In this document: in pieces, positions 1 through 8,148 of the stretch
Numbering within the stretch: the stretch's first letter is position 1
Layout: each line of letters starts with the position of its first letter
Notes under the pieces: model-generated
The model's input: only the letters and a program-made list of their open reading frames with translations
Database searches by the model: none
Told to the model about the DNA's origin: nothing
DNA from: Patescibacteria group bacterium
GTDB taxonomy: Bacteria > Patescibacteriota > Patescibacteriia > UBA9570 > JAHJKD01
Direction: 5' to 3'
Length of the DNA: 64,000 nucleotides
Assembly (NCBI GenBank): GCA_041660885.1
Contig: JBAZVM010000008.1
Location: 7,537-71,536, forward strand
Made by a program: the position numbers and the translations under genes

Positions 1-454
1 CGTTAAAGCGCGTTTCCAATGTTTTTCTATAATGCACGAAGTTGGCGTCGATATCTTCGGTAAGCGAGTAAGCGATGTTCACTCTTTGGGTGGGAAAAAC
101 ACTTTTCAAAACAGAAGCCAAATCCGGCTGCCAGGGATTATCCGTAGCTACCACCACTTCCGGCCCGCTTTCCGAATAGAGCACTACGCGGTATTGCCTG
201 GCCACATCTTCATTGATGCGCTGTACTTGCTCCGGAGTAGGAATATTAGAGTTTAAATCGGCATAAAGTATGCCATAATATTCCGCCACGGCCTGGCCAA
301 ATAAATCTTTGTTTATCAAGCCTTCATTGAAAAAATATTCTTCCAACAAGCCATTAGTTTTATCAGACCATTCTTCCGCTTTTTGCATGTCCTCCGGAGT
401 GGCATAGCTTCCTTTTATCAGAATATCTTTTATTATGAGGTTGCGCTCGTTCAT
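1..454 (-). CDS. PilB/GspE-like secretion ATPase, N-terminal part only (CDS runs off the left edge)
   Basis: Absent from the ORF track because no stop lies in the window. The reverse complement from ATG at 452-454 reads without stops: MNERNLIIKDILIKGSYATPEDMQKAEEWSDKTNGLLEEYFFNEGLINKDLFGQAVAEYYGILYADLNS...VVATDNPW. This is the pattern of the GspE/PilB N-terminal (T2SSE_N) domain and resembles the N-terminus of the full PilB at 49231-50976. It replaces the plus-strand ORF 32-256. Confidence 0.6.
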   Translation of the reverse strand, partial: MNERNLIIKDILIKGSYATPEDMQKAEEWSDKTNGLLEEYFFNEGLINKDLFGQAVAEYYGILYADLNSNIPTPEQVQRINEDVARQYRVVLYSESGPEVVVATDNPWQPDLASVLKSVFPTQRVNIAYSLTEDIDANFVHYRKTLETRFN

Positions 455-466
455 ATAATATTTATT

Positions 467-856
467 TTAATCTTTAGGGTGTTCTAAATATTCTTTTATA
501 TCTGAAATAATATCTTCCAGCCGAAAATCAGCTTTGGTGTAATATTTATTGACGCCCAAACGCAAATAGCTTTTTACTTTTTCCGCGCTAGCCGTATTGG
601 AAACCACGAAAACGGGAATTTTTTTCCACTGCTCATTATTTTTTATTTTCGCCACGAAATCCAGGCCGTTTTCTTCGCCAATCAAATAATGGTCCAGCCA
701 AATGGCGCTGATTTTCATTTTATCTTCCAAATAATTTAAAGCTTGTTTTACTTGTCTGGCCGTTACCACTTCAAATCCGCTTTTTGTTAATTTCGCTTTA
801 ATGGCCTCAGCCAATGGCCGTTCGTCTTCCACTACTAGGATGGTATAATTTTTCAT
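467..856 (-). CDS. Stand-alone response-regulator receiver (CheY-like), no output domain
   Basis: 129 aa with an ATG start. Receiver signature: ILVVEDE...(acidic pocket), WLDHYL (phospho-Asp region), VFVVSNT, and K in the KYYTK region. Confidence 0.85.
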   Translation of the reverse strand: MKNYTILVVEDERPLAEAIKAKLTKSGFEVVTARQVKQALNYLEDKMKISAIWLDHYLIGEENGLDFVAKIKNNEQWKKIPVFVVSNTASAEKVKSYLRLGVNKYYTKADFRLEDIISDIKEYLEHPKD

Positions 857-875
857 AAATATAAATAAATATTAA

Positions 876-3140
876 TTAACTTCCCAAAGCTTTCGTGCCC
901 GCTTTCTTTACCATGCCTTTAATAGGCAGGGATACATAAAAAGCCGTGCCTTTGTTTTCCTCGGAATCAAACCAAATCTTGCCCTGAGCTTGATCTACTA
1001 TGGCCTTTACAATGTACAACCCCAAGCCCGTGCCTTCCGTATCTTTGGCGCGCACGTTATCGGCTCGGAATAGTTTGTTATAGATTTGGCCTTGTTGAGA
1101 TTTCGGTATGCCATAACCGGTGTCTTTCACCATTATCAAAATATCTTTCCCTTTCTTGGAAATGGCTACGGAAATATTTCCTTTTTCCGGAGTGTATTTG
1201 ACCGCGTTGGAAAGTAAATTTTGAAAAACAATTCTGGTTAATTTTGGATCGGCTTTTATTTGCGGTACATCTTTTTCGTATTTTTTTATAATTTTTTGTT
1301 TTTTCGCGTTAATCGTGGCGCTTAGCTCTTTAAGAATTTCCTCGGCAAAAATGCTGATATCCAAAAGCTCCGGTTCCACCATGAAAGTGCCAAGCTCTAT
1401 GCGGGATACATCCAATAAAGCATTCACCAGATCCACCATGCGCTGGTTGCCGTGGTATATTTCTTCCAAGTACTGCTTTTGCTCCTCATTTATTTTTCCT
1501 GCGTCTCCGGCCAGCAACATTTCCGTATACCAATTAATGGAAGAAAGCGGGGTGCGCAATTGATGGCTGGCTAAAGACACAAATTCTGTTTTCGCTTGGT
1601 CTACCGCTTTTATTTTCGTAATATCGCGTTCAATGCCCACGAAAAAGGTTACATTCCCATTTTCACCGACCACCGGGGATATATTAGCTTCAGCAATATA
1701 TTTTTCTCCGCCTTTGCGCTGGTTATTTATTTCTCCCTTGAATACTTTCTTTTCCTGTTTTATTGCGCGCCACATCTTTTCGTAAAATTCTTTTGGCATC
1801 AATCCTCCCCATAACTTCAAGCAGCCGGCCTTTTCCCAAAGCACTTCTTTATTACTAAAACCGGTAATGGTTTCCACGGCTTTATTGGCGTATAAAATAC
1901 GGCCATCGGGATCCGTGATTACTATATGGTCCGAAGCATTGGCCACGGCTAATTGAAATTTTTCCAAATCATGCGCCAATTTTTCCGTTTTTTCTTTTTC
2001 TTCTTCCACGTCTTCTAAAACATTGATCATGGCTTTTTGCGCTTGTTCCGCTTCAAAATTATTTTTTACCAATTCTTCCTCCGCTTGTAGGCGCTCAATA
2101 ACTTTTCCCAAACGATCAACAATAGAATCCAACATTTGCTGCTCTCCTTTCAAAAAAATTTCTTCCCCATCATCTTTTATTTCTTCGTTATAGCCAACTT
2201 CAATTTGCCCGTAATTAGTATTATGAACATTAATCTGCCCTTTTATGCTTTTCTTTATTTCATCAGCGCGCCCGGAGGTATATTTTTTATAAGGGGCGGT
2301 TAAAGCAACAATTATTTTTTCCTCATAGCGAAAACCAGATGGCAGAGTATTTACGACTTTGGTAAAAATATCCTCAAAAGAAATATTTTTTTCCGAAATA
2401 AAATGAAAAATTTCATAAAGACACTTGGCTTGCTTGGCTGTTGCGGCTAAATTTTCAGCTTGAACTGCTAGTCTTCTTTTTATTCTTCTTTGGCTTAAAT
2501 AATAATAGAAAGAGATTAAATATATTAACAAAAATGCGGCTATTAAACTTCCCGGAAAATACATCTTCGCTTGTATCCGCTTTTCCCATAGGCTGCTCTC
2601 TACATCTACCCCCAATACTCCCACAGTTTTATTGGTTTCTAAATCATTTATGGGAATAAAAACCGAAATATAATTTCCGTATTCATCGGAATACGGACCG
2701 GCTATTACCGCTTGGTTATTTGTAAAAACATTGAATAGCTCCGCGGGGGGCTTTTCGTAAACCAAACCCGGCGTGGTATGGAAAGGATGCTCAAGCGGAA
2801 TGGAATCAACGTAGAAAAAAATTTCATTATCTTTTATACTCATCAAATATGCCCAGCGATACCCCATGTTCACTAACGGCTCTTGCATCAGATCCAGTTG
2901 CTCCCGCAATCTTACATAATCCGGGTTTTGAAGGTCTTCATCAGTTCCTGATAAATTTTCTATTCTTCGTGGATTTACCGCGGATTTAATAAACTCTCCT
3001 GTTTCCAGCAAATTAATTTTTTCTTGATTTTCCAGATTTTTCATATAAATTTCCGCGGCCATAAAGCCGACACCAACAATAACCAGAGCCCCGAAAAGGA
3101 ATATAAAAATATTAATTCTGGAAAACTTTCTATTGGCCAT
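876..3140 (-). CDS. Membrane sensor histidine kinase (extracytoplasmic sensor, PAS, HisKA, HATPase_c)
   Basis: 754 aa. An N-terminal TM helix, a sensor domain of about 180 aa and a second TM. A PAS-like region (HIVITDPDGRILYANKAVETITGF). H-box FVSLASHQLRTPL. N/G boxes LLSNAVKYTP, DTGYGIP and GTGLGLYIVK. Confidence 0.9.
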   Translation of the reverse strand: MANRKFSRINIFIFLFGALVIVGVGFMAAEIYMKNLENQEKINLLETGEFIKSAVNPRRIENLSGTDEDLQNPDYVRLREQLDLMQEPLVNMGYRWAYLMSIKDNEIFFYVDSIPLEHPFHTTPGLVYEKPPAELFNVFTNNQAVIAGPYSDEYGNYISVFIPINDLETNKTVGVLGVDVESSLWEKRIQAKMYFPGSLIAAFLLIYLISFYYYLSQRRIKRRLAVQAENLAATAKQAKCLYEIFHFISEKNISFEDIFTKVVNTLPSGFRYEEKIIVALTAPYKKYTSGRADEIKKSIKGQINVHNTNYGQIEVGYNEEIKDDGEEIFLKGEQQMLDSIVDRLGKVIERLQAEEELVKNNFEAEQAQKAMINVLEDVEEEKEKTEKLAHDLEKFQLAVANASDHIVITDPDGRILYANKAVETITGFSNKEVLWEKAGCLKLWGGLMPKEFYEKMWRAIKQEKKVFKGEINNQRKGGEKYIAEANISPVVGENGNVTFFVGIERDITKIKAVDQAKTEFVSLASHQLRTPLSSINWYTEMLLAGDAGKINEEQKQYLEEIYHGNQRMVDLVNALLDVSRIELGTFMVEPELLDISIFAEEILKELSATINAKKQKIIKKYEKDVPQIKADPKLTRIVFQNLLSNAVKYTPEKGNISVAISKKGKDILIMVKDTGYGIPKSQQGQIYNKLFRADNVRAKDTEGTGLGLYIVKAIVDQAQGKIWFDSEENKGTAFYVSLPIKGMVKKAGTKALGS

Positions 3141-4608
3141 CGTTTTTCTTTTTTTTGTTTATAACTTTTTTCAGTTCCGCCATTTTTAATTCTCGGCCGA
3201 CCATCAATTTGTTCATGCGCTCCATGATATCCGATCTTTTTCTATATTCTTCCTGTTCTTGCTTTCTTTGTGTAATATCGCGCAAGATACCCACGGCGTG
3301 ACATTTGTTTCTTATTTCCGTGGCCGTCAAAGATAACTCCACTAATATTTCACTATTATCTTTTTTTCTCATAGCTAATTCCATCGTCGTATTCAAACTG
3401 CATATGTTGCTTCCGCCCTCAAATTGCTTTATCTCTTTTTGATATTTCTCATTATCCTTTTTGGCCACTATCAAACTAAGCAGCTTTTTTCCCATAACTT
3501 CTTTTTTCGAATAACCGAATATTTTTTCAGCAGCTTCATTCCAATAAGTAATTTCAGCGTCTTCGTCTATCATGAATATGCCGTCTTTGGCCACTGTGGC
3601 GATAGAACGAAATTTTTCTTCGCTGTCTTTATATTGCGCCGCTGCTTTATCCGCGGCGTTTTGCGCCCGATTGCGGGAAGAAGAAAAAGAATAAATTAAT
3701 AAAGAAGTGCCAAAACTCATGAGAAGGCCGAAGATCAGCACTATCGATGGTAAATACTGTTCCGGACCAGTCAAACCGAAATTTTTGTTTGCGTAATATA
3801 TAAATAACCACGGATGCCCGTAGAGGTTTCGTTCTATTCGATACTCCATGTATTGGTTTTGCGCTGCGCTGTCTGCTAAATTTTTCTCGCTTTCGAATAA
3901 TAAATTGCTATTATCTATCGTGGAACTTAAGCTGGCATCCTTGATGGAAAAAAACAAATTTTCTTCATTCCCATGCGCGTTTTTTATAATATTAGATAAA
4001 AAAATATCCGCATCTATGGGTGTATTAACAAACCCGATCAAAGCTCTATTGCGTTCTTGCGCGTTGGAAATGAGTTCCCCTTCTTTATAAATGGGGATGG
4101 TAATAAAAAAACCCGGTTTATTATTGCTATACAGGGTAACCATACCAGATGCTTGCACATTATCATTATCCGCAGCCTTTTTCATGAGCGCTGCCCTTGT
4201 CGGATCTGCTTTTAAATCGGTATCAAGAACGCCAATATTCTTTTCTTCTGGATAGGCGTATTTTATCCGCCATTGTTCGGTTTGCTCTGTTTGGCTTTTC
4301 TCTATGAAATACACAGAATCTACGCCCGGATAAGCGTCAACAATATTCAACGCCTCTTCAAATTGCTGGAATTCATCTGCGTCTACAATTTCGCTGGCAT
4401 CGAATAATCCGCGCACTCCGTATAAAGCTCCGGCATATATCTCTATATTGTGTTCAATGTCTACTATTTGCTTTTCCGCCTGATTCTCAAAATTCTGGCG
4501 GGCTTTAAGATGTATATTATTTTCAAAAAAGAAATAGAAAAAAACAGAAGCGCTAATGCCAATAATAAAAAGGGCGGCCGGGAGAGCTATTGTTTTAAAA
4601 AATTTCAT
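3130..4608 (-). CDS. CHASE-like extracytoplasmic sensor plus PAS protein lacking any kinase or output domain
   Basis: 492 aa. Strong SD (AAGGAGGA) before the ATG. TM, a periplasmic domain of about 270 aa, a second TM, then PAS (DGIFMIDEDAEITYWNEAAEKIFGYSKKEV) and a C-terminal coiled coil. No H-box or ATPase motifs. The stop overlaps the start of the kinase gene by 11 nt. Confidence 0.65.
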   Translation of the reverse strand: MKFFKTIALPAALFIIGISASVFFYFFFENNIHLKARQNFENQAEKQIVDIEHNIEIYAGALYGVRGLFDASEIVDADEFQQFEEALNIVDAYPGVDSVYFIEKSQTEQTEQWRIKYAYPEEKNIGVLDTDLKADPTRAALMKKAADNDNVQASGMVTLYSNNKPGFFITIPIYKEGELISNAQERNRALIGFVNTPIDADIFLSNIIKNAHGNEENLFFSIKDASLSSTIDNSNLLFESEKNLADSAAQNQYMEYRIERNLYGHPWLFIYYANKNFGLTGPEQYLPSIVLIFGLLMSFGTSLLIYSFSSSRNRAQNAADKAAAQYKDSEEKFRSIATVAKDGIFMIDEDAEITYWNEAAEKIFGYSKKEVMGKKLLSLIVAKKDNEKYQKEIKQFEGGSNICSLNTTMELAMRKKDNSEILVELSLTATEIRNKCHAVGILRDITQRKQEQEEYRKRSDIMERMNKLMVGRELKMAELKKVINKKKKNDGQ

Positions 4609-4624
4609 GTTCCTCCTTTAAAAT

Positions 4625-4996
4625 TTATTTTAACATTTGCTCCACGTATTCCACGATTTTTGCCAAAGGAGTGTTTGATTTCACGAAATAATCCTTGGCG
4701 CCCAATTCCATCACGGTTTTTTTATCTTCCTCTTGAGATAAATTAGATGTAACAATAACATTAACCATTTTTCCTTTTTCTTTCAGTTCTCTTAGAACAT
4801 CAAAGCCGTTTTTCTTAGGCATTATTAAATCTAATAAAACCAAATCGAAATTTTCTTTAAATAGCAAATCTATGGCTTGTTCGCCATCAAAAGCCTGGAC
4901 CACTTCGTATCCGGAATGCTGTAATTTTAACGTTAAAACCTTGGAAATCGGCCTGTCGTCTTCCGCTACTAATATTCTTTTTGTTTTATCAGCCAT
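4625..4996 (-). CDS. Stand-alone response-regulator receiver
   Basis: 123 aa: ILVAEDD, LVLLDLIMPKKNGF, VIVTSNL, AKDYFVK. Confidence 0.85.
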   Translation of the reverse strand: MADKTKRILVAEDDRPISKVLTLKLQHSGYEVVQAFDGEQAIDLLFKENFDLVLLDLIMPKKNGFDVLRELKEKGKMVNVIVTSNLSQEEDKKTVMELGAKDYFVKSNTPLAKIVEYVEQMLK

Positions 4997-5082
4997 TTTT
5001 TTATATGAAAAAATAAAAAAAACTATATTTCTTAAATAATATTATAACAGATTTTTTAATGGGAAGCAAAGTGAACAAAATT

Positions 5083-5157
5083 TGGAGCGGGATACGGGAA
5101 TCGAACCCGTCTCTCATCCTTGGGAAGGATGCATAATAGCCACTATACTAATCCCGC
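5083..5157 (-). tRNA. tRNA-Gly (anticodon CCC), CCA encoded
   Basis: The reverse complement GCGGGAT..CATCC-TTCCCAA-GGATG..ACGGG-TTCGATT-CCCGT-ATCCCGC-T-CCA folds as a cloverleaf. It has a 7-bp acceptor stem, a 5-bp anticodon stem, a 7-nt loop with CCC at positions 34-36, and a T-loop TTCGATT. Confidence 0.85.
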
Positions 5158-5162
5158 AAACA

Positions 5163-6368
5163 TTACTTATTCCCCCAAATCGCGTCTAATATCTTCACTC
5201 TGGTTACTAATAAAGAAGGAATAATGCCGGCTAACATGGAAACCCAGACGAATATTTCCAATCTCATTATATAATCGGCGTATTCCAGCACCAAAGTAAC
5301 ATCGCCAATGGGCAAAGAAAAGGGGTAAGCTTTAAAATAAGTTACTATCAAACCAAAGAAAATGGCCGTGCCGATAGCTATGCCGGAAAGAGAATAAACA
5401 ACGGTTTGCAAAATATAAGTGGCGTTAATTAAATACGGGCGCACGCCAATGGCGCGCAATATGCCCACTTGCTGGCGTTTGCTGGTTACGTCAATGTAAA
5501 TCACGATAAAAATGGTTACGGCCGCGATTAATATGCCCACAATAGACATGATAACGTTAATGCTCACAAAGCTTTTCGTGATGGCCTTCATGATGCCGGC
5601 CGCTTCTTCCCAGCCGTAAAACTTACCTTTTATGTTCTTTGCTTTGATTTCTTCAATGACTTTTGCTTCTTCTCCGGTTTTGCTGATTTTCATGATAAAG
5701 CTGGTGGCTGTATTTTCGCTACCGGGGAACATTTCATTGAATGCTTTATTGGTGATGAAGGCTCTTTTATCCGTTTCTAAAAATTTGGTATAAAAAATTC
5801 CTTTAATGGTAAATTCCTTGCTTTGGCTGTCGAAGCTTAGAGTGACTTTGTCTCCCACTTTCGCGTCTTGAAAAGAGAAGGCGTTCATTTCCACTTCTTC
5901 TCCGCCCGCTATTTGCCGGCCGATTATTATCTGATCAGTGTCATCCGGGCTTAAATATTCCCCTTCAGTCATGTTATCGTAGATGTTTGTCACCCCTTTT
6001 TCTAATTCCGGATCAACTGCTAAAATAGTCCAGTTGCCCTTCACGTTCTTATACTTCATGCTGGCGGGAACGATTATTTGCGGACTGACCGCTTCAATTT
6101 TATCGATGCTTTCCAAATCGGTTTTTATCTGGCTCGTTTCCTTGAAAAAATCTTCCCCGTCCGGCGGAAGCATCATGATATTGCCGGTAAAAGTATTAAC
6201 TACTTGCTTATTGGTATTACTGATAACGCCGGCGAATAAAGAATTCACGAAAATCAAATTGATAAACGCAATGGACATTAAAAAAATAATCAAGGACAAA
6301 GTCCACTTATTGCCTCTTTTCAAATGGCACCAAAGCAGAAAAAAAGGAATTTTAAATTCTTGCTTCAT
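5163..6368 (-). CDS. ABC transporter permease, FtsX/MacB-LolE type
   Basis: 401 aa. An N-terminal TM, a large extracytoplasmic domain, then 3 C-terminal TMs with the FtsX-type motif (RQQVGILRAIGV). Overlaps the upstream ATPase gene by 4 nt. Confidence 0.8.
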   Translation of the reverse strand: MKQEFKIPFFLLWCHLKRGNKWTLSLIIFLMSIAFINLIFVNSLFAGVISNTNKQVVNTFTGNIMMLPPDGEDFFKETSQIKTDLESIDKIEAVSPQIIVPASMKYKNVKGNWTILAVDPELEKGVTNIYDNMTEGEYLSPDDTDQIIIGRQIAGGEEVEMNAFSFQDAKVGDKVTLSFDSQSKEFTIKGIFYTKFLETDKRAFITNKAFNEMFPGSENTATSFIMKISKTGEEAKVIEEIKAKNIKGKFYGWEEAAGIMKAITKSFVSINVIMSIVGILIAAVTIFIVIYIDVTSKRQQVGILRAIGVRPYLINATYILQTVVYSLSGIAIGTAIFFGLIVTYFKAYPFSLPIGDVTLVLEYADYIMRLEIFVWVSMLAGIIPSLLVTRVKILDAIWGNK

Positions 6369-7036
6369 ATTATTTTTCCATCGGCTAAATGAATGATACG
6401 ATTGGCGAATACCTCTTCTTCCGGTTCGTGGGTGACCATGACAATCGTATGATTATCGTGTTTATTTAATTCTTTTAGAATTTTCATAACAGAATTGGCG
6501 GCCTGGGTATCCAAATTGGCCGTGGGCTCGTCCGCGAAAATCACTTTAGGATCGTTGATCAAAGCGCGGGCAATGGCCACTTTCTGTTTTTCTCCGCCGG
6601 AAAGCTGGTTCGGTAAACTTTTTATTCTTCTCTCCATTCCGACTTTAGATAATAAACGATGCGCTCTTTTTTCGCATTCTATTTTTTTATTAAGAAGCAT
6701 GGCGGGAAGCATGACATTTTCCAAAGCGGTTAGTTCGGAAAGCAAAGCGTATTCCTGAAAAATATAGCCAATTTTTGTTAAACGCATTTTCGCTCTTAAT
6801 TTTTCTTTCATCTGAATAACTTCCTCGTCTAATAAATGTATGGTTCCGGAATCGGGTTTATCCAATAAACCTAATTGCCTGAGCAAGGTGGATTTGCCGG
6901 AGCCGTTGCGTCCTTTAATAATTAAAAAATCTCCTTCGTGCAAATCGAAAGAAACCCCCTTTAAAGCGTGTACTTTTACATGCCCGCTTTCGTAAAATTT
7001 ATGAATATTGTGAACGGATACTATTTTATTCGGCAT
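6365..7036 (-). CDS. ABC transporter ATP-binding protein (MacB/LolD-like)
   Basis: Walker [11 protein letters not shown]-loop, signature [15 protein letters not shown], Walker [10 protein letters not shown]-loop VTHE. The start is moved to ATG 7034-7036 ([11 protein letters not shown]...) because the longer ORF (to 7099) runs through tRNA-Pro. Confidence 0.9.
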   Translation of the reverse strand: MPNKIVSVHNIHKFYESGHVKVHALKGVSFDLHEGDFLIIKGRNGSGKSTLLRQLGLLDKPDSGTIHLLDEEVIQMKEKLRAKMRLTKIGYIFQEYALLSELTALENVMLPAMLLNKKIECEKRAHRLLSKVGMERRIKSLPNQLSGGEKQKVAIARALINDPKVIFADEPTANLDTQAANSVMKILKELNKHDNHTIVMVTHEPEEEVFANRIIHLADGKII

Positions 7037-7050
7037 ATTACTTATGAATT

Positions 7051-7127
7051 TGGTCGGGGTAGAGAGACTCGAACTCTCGACCTCATGCACCCCATGCATG
7101 CGCGCTAGCCAACTGCGCTATACCCCG
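7051..7127 (-). tRNA. tRNA-Pro (anticodon GGG), CCA encoded
   Basis: Reverse complement CGGGGTA-TA-GCGC-AGTTGGCTA-GCGC-G-CATGC-ATGGGGT-GCATG-AGGTC-GAGAG-TTCGAGT-CTCTC-TACCCCG-A-CCA. This is a perfect cloverleaf of 77 nt with anticodon GGG. Confidence 0.88.
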
Positions 7128-7169
7128 GCAAAGCCTATTTTAGATAATTTATATGAGAAAAGCAAACTG

Positions 7170-7560
7170 TTAAGTGAAATGTGACCGCCGACCGCACGAA
7201 CGCGATTTGAAATCGAGTCCGCGCAGCCGACGGTGTCCCTTCAGATACGGTGCCAGCGGCTGATGCCGTCGGCACTTCGACGAAGGGTGAAGGTCCAGAC
7301 CAAGCCAGTAGCAAGGTCCTTTCCCTCGTAGAAACTGCGACCGCCCACGCACCAAAACCGAAGGACCAGAATCCCTACCATGATCCACCCCCTGACAAAA
7401 ACAAAAAGGCTTCTTACCCCAATAATAGTTCGGATAAAAAGCCTTCTTGCTTTTGCCCACTTGCGCGAGCCGTATCGTTCCCTTAGGGTAGGTTTTGCCA
7501 CCTTATCCAAAAGACAGGTTGGCGAGCAGTCATCGGGCCTAATCCCTCGTGCTTCTCTTG
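7170..7560 (-). ncRNA. Unclassified structured RNA candidate (strand uncertain)
   Basis: About 390 nt, visibly GC-richer than the surroundings and covered only by four mutually overlapping low-complexity ORFs on both strands. Complementary segments: 7182-7193 (TGAC-CGCCGACC) with 7517-7532 (GGTTGGCG-agca-GTCA); 7227-7233 CCGACGG with 7266-7272 CCGTCGG; 7315-7321 GGTCCTT with 7361-7367 AAGGACC; 7406-7412 AAGGCTT with 7439-7445 AAGCCTT. A GCTATAAT -10 motif on the minus strand at 7605-7612 and co-orientation with tRNA-Pro favour the minus strand. Confidence 0.45.
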
Positions 7561-7604
7561 ATAGTTTTAATTCTTAAAGAGCTATAAAAAGATACTAACA
7601 ATAA

Positions 7605-7612
7605 ATTATAGC
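7605..7612 (-). promoter_or_regulatory. Candidate -10 element (GCTATAAT) upstream of the GC-rich RNA region
   Basis: The minus strand reads cGCTATAATttat, overlapping the stop codon of the 7606-8148 gene. The same 8-mer precedes four other transcription units in this window. Confidence 0.35.
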
Positions 7613-8148
7613 GCCGTCAAATTTTTACGATCAATATTATAAAATCCCCACTCGCTCCAGCGCCAAATGGCTTGATATTTTGGTTTGCACTTATATTTTT
7701 TGGTGTATTCTCCTTCTAATACCACCAACTCGTTCTTACCATCATTATCTATGTCCTTTATTTCCGCGGAACAATTCGGTTTATTTAAATTAGAAGACTG
7801 CCAAACGGAATTTACCGTTTCCCCATCTAATTGATAAAGAAATAAATGATTCTTTATGGAATCATCATTCTTCCGCACCCAAAAAGGCTTGGACGAACCG
7901 TAATCGCCCGGTTTCCAAACCAATAAATTTATCTCGGTTTGGCCGTCGTTATTGCTGTCCGCCAAAATAAATTGGTCCACATGCCATTCTTTGGGCGTCT
8001 GCCATAAATGTTTATCGTTTTTCGTTATGGTGAAAATATTGTTTTGCAATGAATAACAAACGCCTGCCATACATTCAACGGTACGGACATGCCATGGCAT
8101 GTCCGTACGCGATAATAAAAAATACAACGCGATTAAAATTAATTCCAT
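7606..8148 (-). CDS. Small FG-GAP/VCBS-like repeat protein with an N-terminal hydrophobic anchor
   Basis: 180 aa. ADSNNDGQTEINLLVW and IKDIDNDGKNELVVLEG are FG-GAP/VCBS-type Ca-binding loop motifs. The ATG directly abuts the upstream TAA (TAAATG). Confidence 0.55.
   Translation of the reverse strand: MELILIALYFLLSRTDMPWHVRTVECMAGVCYSLQNNIFTITKNDKHLWQTPKEWHVDQFILADSNNDGQTEINLLVWKPGDYGSSKPFWVRKNDDSIKNHLFLYQLDGETVNSVWQSSNLNKPNCSAEIKDIDNDGKNELVVLEGEYTKKYKCKPKYQAIWRWSEWGFYNIDRKNLTAL
8081..8108. repeat. Perfect 28-nt GC-rich palindrome inside the CDS
   Basis: GTACGGACATGCCA|TGGCATGTCCGTAC. The two 14-nt arms are exact reverse complements. It encodes ..RTDMPWHVRT.. just after the hydrophobic N-terminus. 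Confidence 0.9.

Noticed and set aside
32-256. Plus-strand ORF of 74 aa at the left edge
   Set aside because: The opposite strand carries a longer stop-free frame with a recognisable PilB/GspE N-terminal domain starting at ATG 454. The plus ORF is low-complexity and has no start context.
7037-7099. N-terminal extension of the ABC ATPase ORF (MHGVHEVESSSLSTPTKFISN)
   Set aside because: This stretch is the antisense reading of tRNA-Pro (7051-7127). The real start is ATG 7036.
7170-7560. Assignment of the structured region to tmRNA, RNase P RNA or SRP RNA
   Set aside because: There is no tRNA-like T-arm or ACCA end and no plausible tag ORF ending in hydrophobic residues, which rules against tmRNA. 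The universal GAGGAAAGUCC / ACAGAA-CCGGCUUA P4 pair is not present in the right order on either strand, which rules against RNase P. There is no GGAAGCAGC-type helix-8 motif, which rules against SRP. It is left unclassified rather than forced.
7170-7577. Four overlapping ORFs (96, 89, 78 and 65 aa) on both strands
   Set aside because: They overlap each other, are Arg/Pro/Gly-rich, and coincide with a GC-rich region full of complementary segments. I interpret this as an RNA gene rather than as proteins.
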